From Selaginella moellendorffii (taxonomy: Eukaryota; Plantae; Lycopodiophyta): a stretch of 64,000 bases of DNA. Under the pieces are notes generated by a model, which was given only the letters and a program-made list of their open reading frames with translations, had not been told where the DNA came from and ran no database searches. This document shows positions 39,138 to 51,149 of this stretch, piece after piece. The stretch is taken from assembly GCF_000143415.4 (NCBI RefSeq), contig NW_003314268.1:3480559-3544558 (forward strand), read 5' to 3'. The translations under genes were made by a program, and so were the position numbers. Numbering within the stretch: the stretch's first letter is position 1; every line of letters begins with the position of its first letter.

Positions 39138-39450
39138 TGGCGCTCAGGGCACTGCGAAGAACCCTAAAAATTTATTGTCAGATACATTTTTATATTTCTC
39201 GGTCCAAAGCTCTGATCACTGCTGGCTCAAGAAGAAAATCGGCACAGGCTAGTGAATTTGCCAAGAGCCCCGCTTGAGAGTCGACAATCCAGCTCAAACT
39301 TTGGGTAAAATGTATCATCATCCAAGCCTAGCTTCTTGGAGAAAAAAAGGTTTTTCTTGCAAGGCAAGAGAAATTTTGCATCTTCATTCTGAGAAAACAA
39401 GAACAAGAAAGAAGAAAGACACATCTCTGGCTTGATTTCTCTCTTTCTTG

Positions 39451-39657
39451 TCAGTGATGGGCGTCGCCGTGGTGCTCCTTGGGGCCGCGGATCTTGTCCC
39501 ACACGAACTCGCCGACGCAGAAGGCGGCAAAGGCGACGGCGGCGGTGCCCAATCCTGGCACCATGTGTTTGGCGGTCACCTGGAGCTTGGGATCGCGGCG
39601 CCACCAATCGATCCGCCGGAAGAACTCGCCAGTGTGCCCCAAATACTCCTCGCCCAT
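39451..39657 (-). CDS. NDUFB3: Mitochondrial complex I B12 subunit
   Basis: LGHTGEFFRRIDWWRRDP..MVPGLG.. matches the plant B12 signature (LGxTGEFFRRRDxWR) plus a single TM helix. Confidence 0.92.
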   Translation of the reverse strand: MGEEYLGHTGEFFRRIDWWRRDPKLQVTAKHMVPGLGTAAVAFAAFCVGEFVWDKIRGPKEHHGDAHH

Positions 39658-39712
39658 GGCTCCTGAGAAGTAAGCCTAAGCCCTAAGACGTCGTTTTATT
39701 AACTTTGAAGTG

Positions 39713-39732
39713 AGATAGATAGATAGATAGAT
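39713..39732 (+). repeat. (AGAT)5 microsatellite at the gene-island/AT-rich boundary
   Basis: Direct reading. Confidence 0.9.
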
Positions 39733-40660
39733 ATATTGGGAAACTTTAGTATGCACTATGATTATTTTGCTCTATAGAGAAAAAAACCCCACAAGCTTGA
39801 AAATCAAAATTTCATAATTATTAAATTGCAATTTCTATTTTATAGATCTTAAAATAAAATGTTGAAAGAAAATTCTTAATTAATATAATATACATTTTAC
39901 ATTTTTGCACCCATATCAATATTATGACATACTTACTTATATTAAAAATGAATTTTTATATTTATAAATATATATTAAATATTAAATATTAACTAAATTA
40001 TTTTTCAATATACTAAATATGTTGAAGGGACTTGTAATAAATATTTATATATATATAAAATTCTTTAAAAAAATTTCACTATGTAATATTTTATAAAATT
40101 TAATATACTCACTGAAAAGAAAGTTTACTTTCAAAACAATAAAATTTAAATTGTAAATAAAACACTTATATTACACATTTTACAATAAAAATATGGTTGA
40201 TTTAATGATTTCAAATTCATTGAATTATATTTTTATGATCAATAAAAAACATTAGAAATATAAAAAGTGGTGATGATAACCCTATACATAAGAAATTTAA
40301 ATTTCTAAAAATAAATATTAAAATATAAATATTTATTTTTTATATATTAAACTTAGATTTGGATGCACATTCATTAAAAATAATTACTTTGATTTGGTAC
40401 TCTAATTTTGGATGCCAAATAAATTCATGACATTTGGGTTAAAATAATTTTGTTTTAATAACTTTTTTTATTTATGTTGACAATTGCAATAACTGGCTCT
40501 GATCTTTCGCAAATTTAATTAAATGTCAAAGAAGTACCATTTGTATTATTTATTTGCAAGCCTAACTTTCATAATAATTCTATAGTGGTTAAAGTTTATC
40601 ATACTTTATTTTATTATGTATAAATAGTTTATTTAAAATTTTATATTAATCAACTTATAC

Positions 40661-40836
40661 TGTGAGTGCTTGGAATATGAAAAGGGATTACAGAAAATGT
40701 GCATATCAATTAGCCCAAAAACCCTAGCTTATATACAGGAGCAAGTGGTCCAGATTGAAACCAATCTGATGGTTACTAAAACCCCACTATGCTAATATTA
40801 ATATACAGCATCATAGCTGTATATTTGACCCTCACA
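40661..40836 (-). repeat. 3' LTR of the gypsy element (176 bp)
   Basis: Direct repeat of 47022-47173; adjacent PPT GAGAGTAGGGGATGA (minus) at 40837-40851. Confidence 0.95.
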
Positions 40837-41042
40837 TCATCCCCTACTCTCGGAATAATGGAAGACCATCAGGGTTTTCTTGTAGATGGGCCAGGATCTG
40901 GAGGAATGTTAGGAGGAGGCATCGGCGGATCTGTAGGTGGTATTAACTGCTCCTAATCCTTTTATATGAAGCGTTTCAACCACTACACATGCACAATCTC
41001 TGGAAGATTGGCCTGCTGGACGTTATGTCAAACCTCATAAAC

Positions 41043-41975
41043 TTATGGTCGAATTTGCCACAACACCCAATACGGTCCTTTCCATTGTGCAAGGAGCCCC
41101 TTAGATAAACCACGTACCGTAAGATGGGGAAAACGGACTAACACTAAATCATCCACTTTGTACTCCGCAGGTGGACGATGATGGGAGTTGTACCGCCGTT
41201 GTTGTCCCACTTGTACACGGCCTAAGTGTTCGGCAGACTCTGCTCGGACAAGTGGAAGGATGCTTGTCAAATACTGATCCCACGATCTAGCATCGGCAGC
41301 TCGTGGCGATCGCGAAGGTAAACCCAGCTCCGTTAGTAATATTGGATCATGACTATATAGGAGTTTATATGATGAAGCACCAACAGAACTCTGCACCCCT
41401 ATGACATATGCATACCGAAGAGATGGCAAATAACCATCCCAATCTAAATGCTGAAAGTTCACATACTTCGCAATCATCCCCTTGAATGTCCAAACAAGCC
41501 GTTCCACCAAACCCTCTGATTGTGGATGATAAACACTCGTGAAAGTGTGGCGTATCCCCAACCGAGAAATCAAAACATGAAATGCCTCAACCATAAATGC
41601 GGGACCATTATCCGAAAGAATCTGCTCTGGATAAGAATGCTGGAACACCACACGATTGAGGAGGAAGTATCCAACAGCAGTTGCAGAGGCGCTAGCAAGA
41701 GCACCAACTTCCACCCAATGAGTCCAGTAGTCAGAAGCAACAATAACATACTCATTGCCAACAGTCGACCGTGGAAAAGGTCCCATAAGATCAAACGCCA
41801 CCAACTCAAACGGACGGGAAATTGAAATTGACTCTAACCGTCCTTCCGCAGCCCGAGGGAGAGTATTATGAGCTTGGCACCAAACACAATTATGCACATA
41901 CCGGATAATATCACGTCGCATCTCCGGCCAATAGAAAGACCTGCACAGCTTCTCAGTTACACGATGATGTCCCAT
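41043..41975 (-). pseudogene. Gypsy integrase (zinc finger, DDE core, GPY/F)
   Basis: GH..FYWP.M..DI..CVWCQ, AFDLMGP, ILSDNG, GLVER, QWKGPY. Confidence 0.93.
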
Positions 41976-42399
41976 ATGCCCACCTAGAATAGGAGAATCA
42001 TGGTAGGCATGGAGAAACTACGGAATAAAGATAGAAGGCACTACCAGTCCTAAATGATCATCAGGATCCATCCCCACAAAATAAAGAAGGTCGTCTTCAA
42101 GGCGATATTGAGAATGTAAATGCCGGAAAGGCAAGTCATCAGCAAGTGATGCAGGATTCTTAAACCCATCTCGAAGCCTTTGAATCCACGGCTCAATCTA
42201 TTGAGCCTCATGAACCTCATCAAGAGAAGGTAGATCTTGCTCTGCGCCTTGTGAACACTGAACATCAAGTATAGCAACCACTGATGGTATAGAATCCTCG
42301 TCTAGAAAATCCACAAAGGCTGGAACAACAGGCTCGTCAGAAACATGAGAAGAGAATGGAGAAGGAAGAGGAGCTCGAGAAAGGGCATCAGCATCAGCC

Positions 42400-45240
42400 A
42401 TAAAGCTCCCTAAGCGATGAACAACATCAAAATTATATATCTGAAGCTTTAAAGCCTATCGAGCAGTACGACCAACTAGGTTCTTCCGCTTCAATAATGA
42501 AGTAACAGCAGCATGATCACCTTCAAGTAATGTCTGAAAACCGTGTAGATATGCATGAAGTTTGTCAAAACCCCAGACTGTTGCTAAACACTCCTTCTCT
42601 GTCATGGAGTAGTTCATTTTTACTGGTTGTAATGTACGGTTTATATACACAATGGGATGGCACTAACCAGGCACACTCAAGCTCTCTTGCATTAACACAC
42701 CTCCAAGACCAATGTCAGAAGCATCCACGTGCAAAATAAAAGGTCGAGTGTAGTCAGGATATGCCAAAACTGAAGGAGTCATCAATAGCTCTTTGAGATC
42801 CACGAATGCCTGCTCACAATCCGGAGACCAGATGAAAGATGACGTTGATGACCTCAGCAACGCTCGCAATGGTGTAGTGCGATTAGAAATATGATCCACA
42901 AAACGACCAAGATATTGCACCTTGCCCAAGAAGCACTGCATATCATTCACGCACTTTAGAGTAGGGAACTTTAGAACAACCACAAGTTTGTCAGGATCAA
43001 CTTGCAAACCCTTACGAGAAATACGGTACCCAAGATAAGTTGTGTCCTTGGGCCCAAACACGCACTTCTACCGCTTCAGCTTTAAACCAACATCACGTAG
43101 CCGATCCAACACTTTACAAACATCATGAATGTGCTCCTCCCACGTCCCTTCCGAGTGGATCAAAACATCATCAATAAAGTCAACAGTCACCTTTGGCATA
43201 TCGCAAAAAACCTCGTCCACCATCCGCTGGAAAGTTGCTAGAGCATTGTTCAAACCAAACGGCATCACCAAGAACTCGTACAAACCAAATGGTGTACGAA
43301 AAGCAGTCATAGGAATATCTTCTTCGGCCATCGGTACTTGCTAGTACCCAAAAGCAAGATCGAGCTTGGTGAACCAACGACTTTGTTCTAGACGATCCAA
43401 GAGATCAGCAATATGAGGAAGAGAGTACACATCTGGGATCGTCACTTCGTTTAATGGACGATAGTCGATGCAGAAATGAATATTCCCATTAGGCTTCGTC
43501 ATAAGATAAGGTTCACATCCATGACTTCCGAATAACACCCTTCTCCAACATCTCCTTAACATTTGCACATAAAATCTTGATTTCCTTGGGTGACCGACGA
43601 CGAACGGGAACTTTGATTGGACGAGCATCCCTAGTTGGAATTGGATGACGTGTGGCAATCTTGGCCCCAAACGATGAAAGATGCTCACAATCCGGAGACC
43701 AGATGAAAGATGACGTTGATGACCTCAGCAACACTCGCAATGGTGCAGTGTGATTAGAAATATGATCCACAAAACAACCAAGATATTGCACCTTGCCCAA
43801 GAAGCATTGCATATCATTCACGCACTTCAGAGTAGAGAACTTTGGAACAGCCATAAGTTTGTCAAGATCAACTTGCAAACCCTCACGAGAAATACGGTAC
43901 CCAAGATAAGTTGTATCCTTGGACCCAAATACACACTTCGACCACTTCAGCTTTAAACCAACGTTGTGTAGCCGATCCAACACTTTACAAACATCATGAA
44001 CGTGCTCCTCCTATATCCCCTCCGAGTGGATCAAGATATCATCAATGAAGTCAGTAGTCACCTCCAGCATATCGCAAAGAACCTCGTCCATCATCCACTG
44101 GAAAGTTGCTAGAGCATTGTTCAAACCAAATGGCATCACCAAGAACTCGTACAAACCAAATGGTGTATGAAAAGCAGTCTTAGGAATATCTTCTTCGGCC
44201 ATCGGTACTTGCCAGTACCCAAAAGCAAGATCCAGCTCGGTTGTAGCGCACCTTATCTCTCTCCCCTTAAGCCAACTGGAAAAGGGGCAATTGCTTGATG
44301 AGAGAGCCCTTAGTGGCTATTTTATCCCCATTTATCCCCCAAGGTTCCAAGGATCCACGGTGACAGTATATCCAAATCTCATCCCATGATCGCATGCGCT
44401 ACACTCACCCCCCCTTCAGAGATGTCAATGTCCTCATTGACTATTGACTAACAACCCCTACTGAGCCAAGGGGAACCAGCACCTCCATTTCCACACTCAA
44501 TCTACCAATCCTTCCATTGTGTAGACCAGCTATTCCATGTGAGGCAACTAGTCATCCACCCGTACCGCAGTCCCACGGTGGATACCTTCGTCCGTGGATA
44601 CTCCACACAAGAGGAAGGACGTATGCATGGATGCCCAATACGTACGATTTCAAATTTAGGGGTAGGAATATACCTTGCTCAAGGGTATATTATATTTTTA
44701 AGTAGCCACTAATCAATGGGAATTGAACCCGTGCCATTTCCTCTGATACCAACTGTAGCGCACCTTATCTCTCTCCCCTTAAACCAACTGGAAAAGGGGC
44801 AATTGCTTGATGAGAGAGCCCTTAGTGGCTATTTTATCCCCATTTATCCCCCAAGGTTCCAAGGATCCACGGTGACAGTATATCCAAATCTCATCCCATG
44901 ATCGCATGCGCTACATCGGTGAACCAACGACTTCGCCCTAGACGATCCAAGAGATTAGCAATGTGAGGAAGAGGGTACATATCTGGAATCGTCACTTCGT
45001 TTAACGGACGATAGTCGATGCAAAAATAAATACTCCCATCAGGCTTCGTCACAAGATGAGGTTCACATGCCCAAGGACTCCGCGACTTCCGAATAACACC
45101 CTTCTCCAACATCTCATTTACGTTTGCATGCAAAATCTTGATCTCCTTGGGTGACCGATGACGAACAGGAACCTTGATTAGACGAGCATCCCCGGTTGGA
45201 ATCGGATGACATGTGGCAATCTTGGCCCTAGATGATAGGT
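42400..45240 (-). pseudogene. Gypsy reverse transcriptase (two tandem copies) and RNase H
   Basis: CIDYRPLN, KLDLAFGY, MPFGLNNA, FIDD and YLGYRIS each occur twice; RNase H VDASDIGLGGVL, NYSMTEKECLA. Confidence 0.93.
44242..44915 (-). mobile_element. TRIM (terminal-repeat retrotransposon in miniature), 674 bp, nested in the gypsy RT
   Basis: 162-bp LTRs 44242-44403 and 44754-44915 (1 mismatch); TGTAGCGCA/TGCGCTACA termini; TCGGT 5-bp TSD; PBS TGGTATCAGAG (44741-44751); PPT AAGGGGGGGTGAG (44404-44416); 350-bp non-coding interior. Confidence 0.97.
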
Positions 45241-45285
45241 CAAATTCAAAGAGATTAGAATATTCCTTCATGAGCCGGTCAACCG

Positions 45286-46788
45286 CTACAACACAAAGAT
45301 TGTTGGAGGGATCGGAAAAGAGAAGATCAAAACAAAATGGAAACATAAGAGGAAATAGTGGAGAAACAAAAGTAATGGAAGTAGAGGTAGAAGTAGAGGG
45401 ATTGAAGTAAGAGGAATGAATGAAACATAAGGAAGTATGAGACAAAGGGGAGAAGCCTCAAAATCACACTTGGCATGATTGCGTTGCAACCAATCTATAC
45501 CAAGAATGAGGTCAAAAGCTTGACTCGGCACCACCTGCAATGACTGCAACTCAAGCTCGAGATCCCCCATACACACAACCAAGTTTGCCTTATCCCATGC
45601 ACATGCATGTGTACGGCTGTTGCCATAAAGAATGAAAACTGGTTCCACCGCACGATGCAAGTATAGACGGCAACATGTGGCAACAGGTCGAGCAATAGAA
45701 GATAAACTCGAACCTGTATCAATCAACACGGAGAGAATAATAGGAGACCTCTTGTTATAAAAACGAGCTTGCAAAGTAAACACTGGATGAATTAGTGCCG
45801 AGTGAACCCCTTGATGATACTCCTGAAAGAAAGATGGAGGGGTCATTGACTTATTCGCACAAGGTCCCTCCGTTACTTGCGCGACTTCTCATTTCCTGGA
45901 TGCATCTCGATGTCAGCAACACCAATGGGACGTTGCTGATGCCAAGGTCTCCACCCAAGAAATGGAGGTTGCTAATCTGGAAAACGCCGACAACGCCGAT
46001 AAGTATGATCAACTTCCTCACATGCCAACAGCAAACATCACGGCCACGACCACGTCCTCGCCCTTATCCTTGGACTCGAGCAGCAGCAGCATCAACCTCC
46101 ATTGGAATAGGACCATCACCTATAGGAAGAGGAACTGAAGGACGTGCAACGAGAAGTGGAAGAGGCGACGCCTCATAATGTTGTGCCAAGCGAAGAGCAT
46201 CGTCAAGGGTGGCAAGAGCAAGTGCATGCACAAGTTCGACAAGATCTTGACGAAGTGCTGGTCACAACATTCCTAGCTTGATCCGCTCTGACATATTTGG
46301 CTCCGCACGAAGCAAAAGACTTCGGAAACAAACGCCAAATTGCATCACCGACTCAGATGGCCCTTGGTGAAGACGATGCAATTGTTGGAAAGCATCATCA
46401 CAGTCATCGGCATGTCCGAAGGTGCGTTTGAAGACATCCGGAAGAACACTCCAATCCCCGCGAGTGGCTGCTCCTAAACCATTGTACCACTGCAACGCCG
46501 TCTCTTGGAGACACGTGGGAAACTCACGCAAACGTCTAGCATCATCCCAAGAATGATATGTGGCAATCACCGTGAGTGATCGAACCAATGGTACACATCA
46601 TCCCCAAGATTCCCGCAAAAGAACTCCAGCCGAACACGAGGATTTGCACCAAGAGCAGGAGGAGTTGTACCATGTGCTGTGAACGCCACCATCAACTGAG
46701 TTTGGTTGTTCAATTGCAAACGCATAGTATCAAGCAATTGTACCAACTATTACTCCAGAGTCAAAGGAGGAGATTGCTGATCTGCCAT
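45286..46788 (-). pseudogene. Gypsy gag (with broken CCHC knuckle) and aspartic protease
   Basis: ATG at 46788; LQETALQWY and LHQGPSESV gag motifs; frameshifted CWH-C..H..RC; LIDTGSS and LILGIDWL protease motifs. Confidence 0.88.
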
Positions 46789-47000
46789 GGAAACGAATAA
46801 AAAAGAAAGAGCAAAAGAAGAGAAATGACAAAAAGCTAGAAGGAAATGGTAGATCTAGACAATGCAAAAAGCTAAATCTAAACCAAAATCCTGAAAGAAA
46901 AGAACAAAAGAAAGGAAATGGAAAAAGCTAGATCTAGACAATGTAAAAGCTAGATTTAAACCAAAATCCCAAATCCAAGCACTCCTCAGGGATAATCAAA

Positions 47001-47020
47001 GATGCCCTTCACCTCCACCA
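47001..47020 (-). promoter_or_regulatory. Primer-binding site, tRNA-Ala-like
   Basis: TGGTGGAGGTGAAGGGCATC 1 nt inside the 5' LTR; the TGGTGGAG start complements the CUCCACCA 3' end typical of tRNA-Ala. Confidence 0.7.
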
Positions 47021-47021
47021 A

Positions 47022-47173
47022 TGTGAGTGTTTGGAATATGAAAAGGGAATATAGAAAATATGCATATCAATTAGCCCAAAAACCCTCCGGATTGAAACCA
47101 ATCTGACAACTACCAAAACCCCACTACGTTAATATTAGTATATGGCATTGTAGCTATACACTTGGCCCTCACA
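47022..47173 (-). repeat. 5' LTR of the gypsy element (152 bp)
   Basis: Direct repeat of 40661-40836 lacking a 24-bp segment. Confidence 0.95.
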
Positions 47174-47796
47174 ATACTAAAATAATAAACAATTAAACAT
47201 TTCTAAGAGCTTAAATTTTTTATAAACTATTGATAAAAAATCATACAAAAAACAACTGACTTTCTAACTTAAAATTTTTAAAGAAAAAGTAAAACAATTT
47301 GTCTTGAACTTTGGTAATAAGTATAACCAATTACTGAAAATAGTAAACATATTGATATAAGTTAATATTTATAAATTAAATAAAAGGTACAAAATCTACA
47401 ACATAAAAAATTAATCAAGTTTTAAAAAAGAAATGCTTATTAAAAATGAAGCATCTTTTTTATTTAATGTTGGTCAAAAAATATAAGAGGAAAAGGCTCT
47501 GGTGGAAGGAAGACAGGATCTCTCCATGCTTTAAAAGAGACAACTAAGGAAGCTATGACCGCGTCCTACATTGGATGGATGGAAAAAGATACCTCGACCG
47601 ATCGATTCGCGGCAGCAGCAGTGGCGGCAGGAACAGAGCGCTCGCCCGCGGTGGCGCATTTTCGCGCCGATTTTGGACAGAAGGATAAGAATTTCTTCCC
47701 GGAAGGGCCGAATGCATGATACCACGCAAATTCTATGCCCGGGGAAAGAAATACTAAGAAACGAGCATAGCTTCTTCGAGGCCTCACTTCACTCAA

Positions 47797-48970
47797 ATGG
47801 CGAATTCACCACCGGCGCTGCTCGCTGGATTGCTCCTCGTCGCAGCCTGTTTCCTCATCGTCGTGCTCCTCCTCACAACCTTGCAGGACACCACGATCGA
47901 TCACCCGTCTCGATCTCTATCAAAATCGTCCAAGCATGACGCAGCAGCAGCAGACCGTCCAGCTCCCCTGATCATAGCCTCGGCACACTCCGACCTCTAC
48001 TCGAGGATGCGGATGCTCAAGTCCCTCAAGCAAGCACCACCCGAGCCGCTCAAGTTCCTCCTGGTCACCGCCGATCAGCCGACTTCGTGCAAGACCAGGC
48101 AAGGCTCGCACCTCCTCATGATGTCGCTCAAGAACAAGGTAGACTACTGCAACTTACACCAGTGCAAGGTGTGGTACAGCCTCGAGTCGTGGCAGCCGGG
48201 CTTCACTGGAACCTGGGCTCGCTATCCGCTGCTCCAGAGGCTCATGCTCGTCAACTCCCACGTCGAGTGGTTCATGTGGATGGACTCGGACGCGCTCTTC
48301 ACCGATATGTCGTTCGTGATCCCGCTGGAAACTTACGAGAGCTGGAACAAGGACATGATCATTCCTGGATACTGGGAAAAGGTACGCAGATTCAAACGCG
48401 AGCGAGAGCAGTGATCATCTGATCTTACAGGTTTATGGTGACGATCCGGACTGGCTGGGCCTCAATGCCGGGATCTTCCTCATCAGAAACACCGAGTGGT
48501 CTCGCAACTTCCTGGACAAGTGGATGAGCTTCCGGCCGGATTCACCGCAGCGCAGCCACCATCTCACGGAGATCTTGAACAGGGAGTTCAGGACGCGTCC
48601 GAGGAACTGGCCCGCGGACGATCAGAGCGCGCTGGCGTATCTCCTAAGACGAAACAAGACGGAGCACGAGAGGAGGACGTACTTGGAGGCCGGGTACGCT
48701 CTCCACGGCTTCTGGGAGGTGATCGTCGACGGCTTCGAGGAGATGGCGGCCAGAGGCAACGTGGGCGATCGCCAAAAGTGGCCATTCGTCACGCACTTCT
48801 GCGGCTGCAAGCTCTGCACCGGGGAGTACGCGACATCGCAGTCGGCGCGGTGCGTGGAGAGCTTCAGGCGAGCGTATAACTTTGGCGATAACCAGGTGCT
48901 AGCTCTCGCTGGAATGGCGCATCCGGATTTGTCCAGCCTCGAGGTGGTGGAGTCGTCTGCTTTGTTGTAG
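47797..48970 (+). CDS. Glycosyltransferase family 34 (xyloglucan xylosyltransferase / galactomannan galactosyltransferase-like)
   Basis: Type II TM anchor, LKNKVDYC, EWFMWMDSDALFTDM, LNAGIFLIRN, DDQSAL, WPFVTHFCGCK, RAYNFGDNQVL; intron 48382-48430. Confidence 0.95.
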
Positions 48971-49090
48971 TGTGTGATCAAATGAAGATGTTTTAGCAAA
49001 CCAGCTACCTCAGGATCCTGCATGACACCCTCAATCCTCCAAGAGATAAAAAAAAAGCAGACTCACAGGTGGCCTCGCAATATCCAAGCA

Positions 49091-49233
49091 CAGCCATCTC
49101 AAGCTCTTGAACCGCGCGAGCACACCTGCTAAGACAAAATCGAGCTGAGCACGAATCTAGAACGTACTTGTTACGCTCTTCACGGCTTCAAGCATCCCGA
49201 TTTGTCCAGCCTCGAGGTGCTGAGCCTTTTGCT
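49091..49233 (+). pseudogene. Deletion-eroded remnant paralog of GT34 exon 2
   Basis: 27/28 match GCATCC.GATTTGTCCAGCCTCGAGGTG to 48919-48946, preceded by co-linear blocks matching 48553-48712. Confidence 0.8.
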
Positions 49234-49473
49234 CATATAAGTAAAACTCTTCTCGAGAAAACTGCAGATAAAAAGAAAAAAACAAACATACAAATCAAGC
49301 ACTGTTCTGTCATTCATTGGATTCCCACCAGCAGCACCACCAGCAGTGACCACCAGTGCCGCTACGCAAAGCTGCTGTACAGTAACTTCCCTCTCGCTTA
49401 ACTGATCACGACCAAGTAATAACGCGACGTCTTTTATTGAGGATGGCGCAATCCCCGTTTCCTAATCTCAAAC

Positions 49474-50833
49474 TCACACTCTTGCCTGCTGATAACATTG
49501 AGAAAACTTTGATGAGAATTGACAAGCGAGCTTAGAATGACAACACGCACCTTTAATCCGCGAGGTGGAGTTCCTGGTCTAGTTAGATTGGGATGGCCAG
49601 TTGACATCTTAGGCTTCTTCTCCGCTGGCTTAAGTATCTGAAACGAGCACATTAGTGTGTCGTCAACGCTCATCATAGCGCCTGAATTGTCGAACTCCCC
49701 ACAATAGTTGGGTGCCGAAAATATCGTCACAAGTTGTCTGTTGGCGAAAAACTCGTATCCGTCTTCCACCACCTGTTATTGTTATTGCAGACATGGGGCT
49801 CAAAGCAACAATAAAGAAAGAACTCACGAGCATCATACCTGATGAGCTCGACAAATGAGATCGAGGTCCTGTTTTTGAAGAAACTCCGCAACCGCGTTGC
49901 TACCAAATGTAAATGAGACACCTCGATCATTCTGACCCCAGCCATCAACACCTTTGTCGGGGTCGGACCATAGAAGATCACACAAGAGACCGGAATCTGG
50001 TACGTCGGTGGGCCTGGGGATTCTCTTGATCTGATCCAAGGTCTTCATGTGGGGAGAGAGGCCACCGTGCATGCACAGGATTTTCTCGTCGATGAGAGCA
50101 GCCACCGGGAGGCAATTGAAGCAATCTGTAAAAATCTTCCATAGCTTAATGTTGAACCTGCGCTTGCATTCGTCATAAAAGCCATATATACGATTGATGG
50201 AGGCGCATTCGTGATTACCCCTGAGCAGGAAGAAGTTCTCCGGGTATTTGATCTTATAGGCCAGAAGCAGGCATATCGTCTCTAAGCTCTGCTTCCCACG
50301 ATCAACATAGTCACCCAGGAACAAGTAGTTGGCCTCGGGAGGAAAGCCACCATACTCAAACAGTCTCAAGAGATCCGAGTACTGGCCGTGGATGTCACCT
50401 AGCACACGAAGAAAAATCTTCTCGTGAGAAACAAAAGAAATTTCAGACAAAGAGCAAGTGGCTATGCCATAGAACAAAGACACTAAACACGGGCAAAAGG
50501 AAACGATCGAATGAAAGTCCACCTCTCTGCTAGACGAGAAAAAAGAGAGATTTTCAGATCAAACAAACAAAGACAATAAACACGCAAAAGAAAACAAAAC
50601 CTCAAAGTCCACTTCTCTGCTAGACTTGAGCGCAATGCTCATTCGCGGAGCTTACCACAGATTTTGATGGGCGCCTCGAGCTCCAGAAGATTGGGCTGCG
50701 ACATGAAGATGTCCTTGGAGACTACACAAAGCTGCCGCACCTCCGATTCCAAGAGCTGGACCTGCTTCCCCGGGCGGCCACTGCGCACCTCGAGCAGCCG
50801 CCCGATCAAATCGTCGAGCACTGCCGGATCCAT
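49474..50833 (-). CDS. PP1: Serine/threonine protein phosphatase 1 catalytic subunit (TOPP)
   Basis: [50 protein letters not shown]; 3 introns; short last exon. Confidence 0.97.
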
Positions 50834-51149
50834 CGCTCGAAAATTAGGGCTCCACCATCACGTTGCCCTACAAAAACCCCAAACGGAAATAAATAAAATA
50901 AGCGGTACATTTTGTCAGGAAAAAGTATATTCCGTTAGATATTTTTGAAGATAGCTTAGGCTCGTGTCATTTATACTAGTCACTATAATCATTGCTAATT
51001 GATTAGAATAATGGGATGCAAACGCTTTACTTTTGACCATATAGTTTATTTTCCAAAGCCCAAGTTTGGTAAAGGGAAAAGATTTCATAAAAATACATGT
51101 AAATATATTGCTATGGAATAGTCTTGGAATATTTCCATGATTCATGTCA

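Larger units (their letters stand above)
40661..47173 (-). mobile_element. Full-length, decayed Ty3/gypsy LTR retrotransposon (gag-PR-RT-RH-INT, no chromodomain seen)
   Basis: LTRs 40661-40836 and 47022-47173 with TGTGAG...CTCACA ends; ATAC 4-bp TSD; PBS and PPT present; many stops and frameshifts. Confidence 0.97.

Noticed and set aside
44242-44403. Cassandra (5S rRNA-bearing) identity for the TRIM
   Set aside because: No 5S internal control region similarity visible in the LTR on either strand
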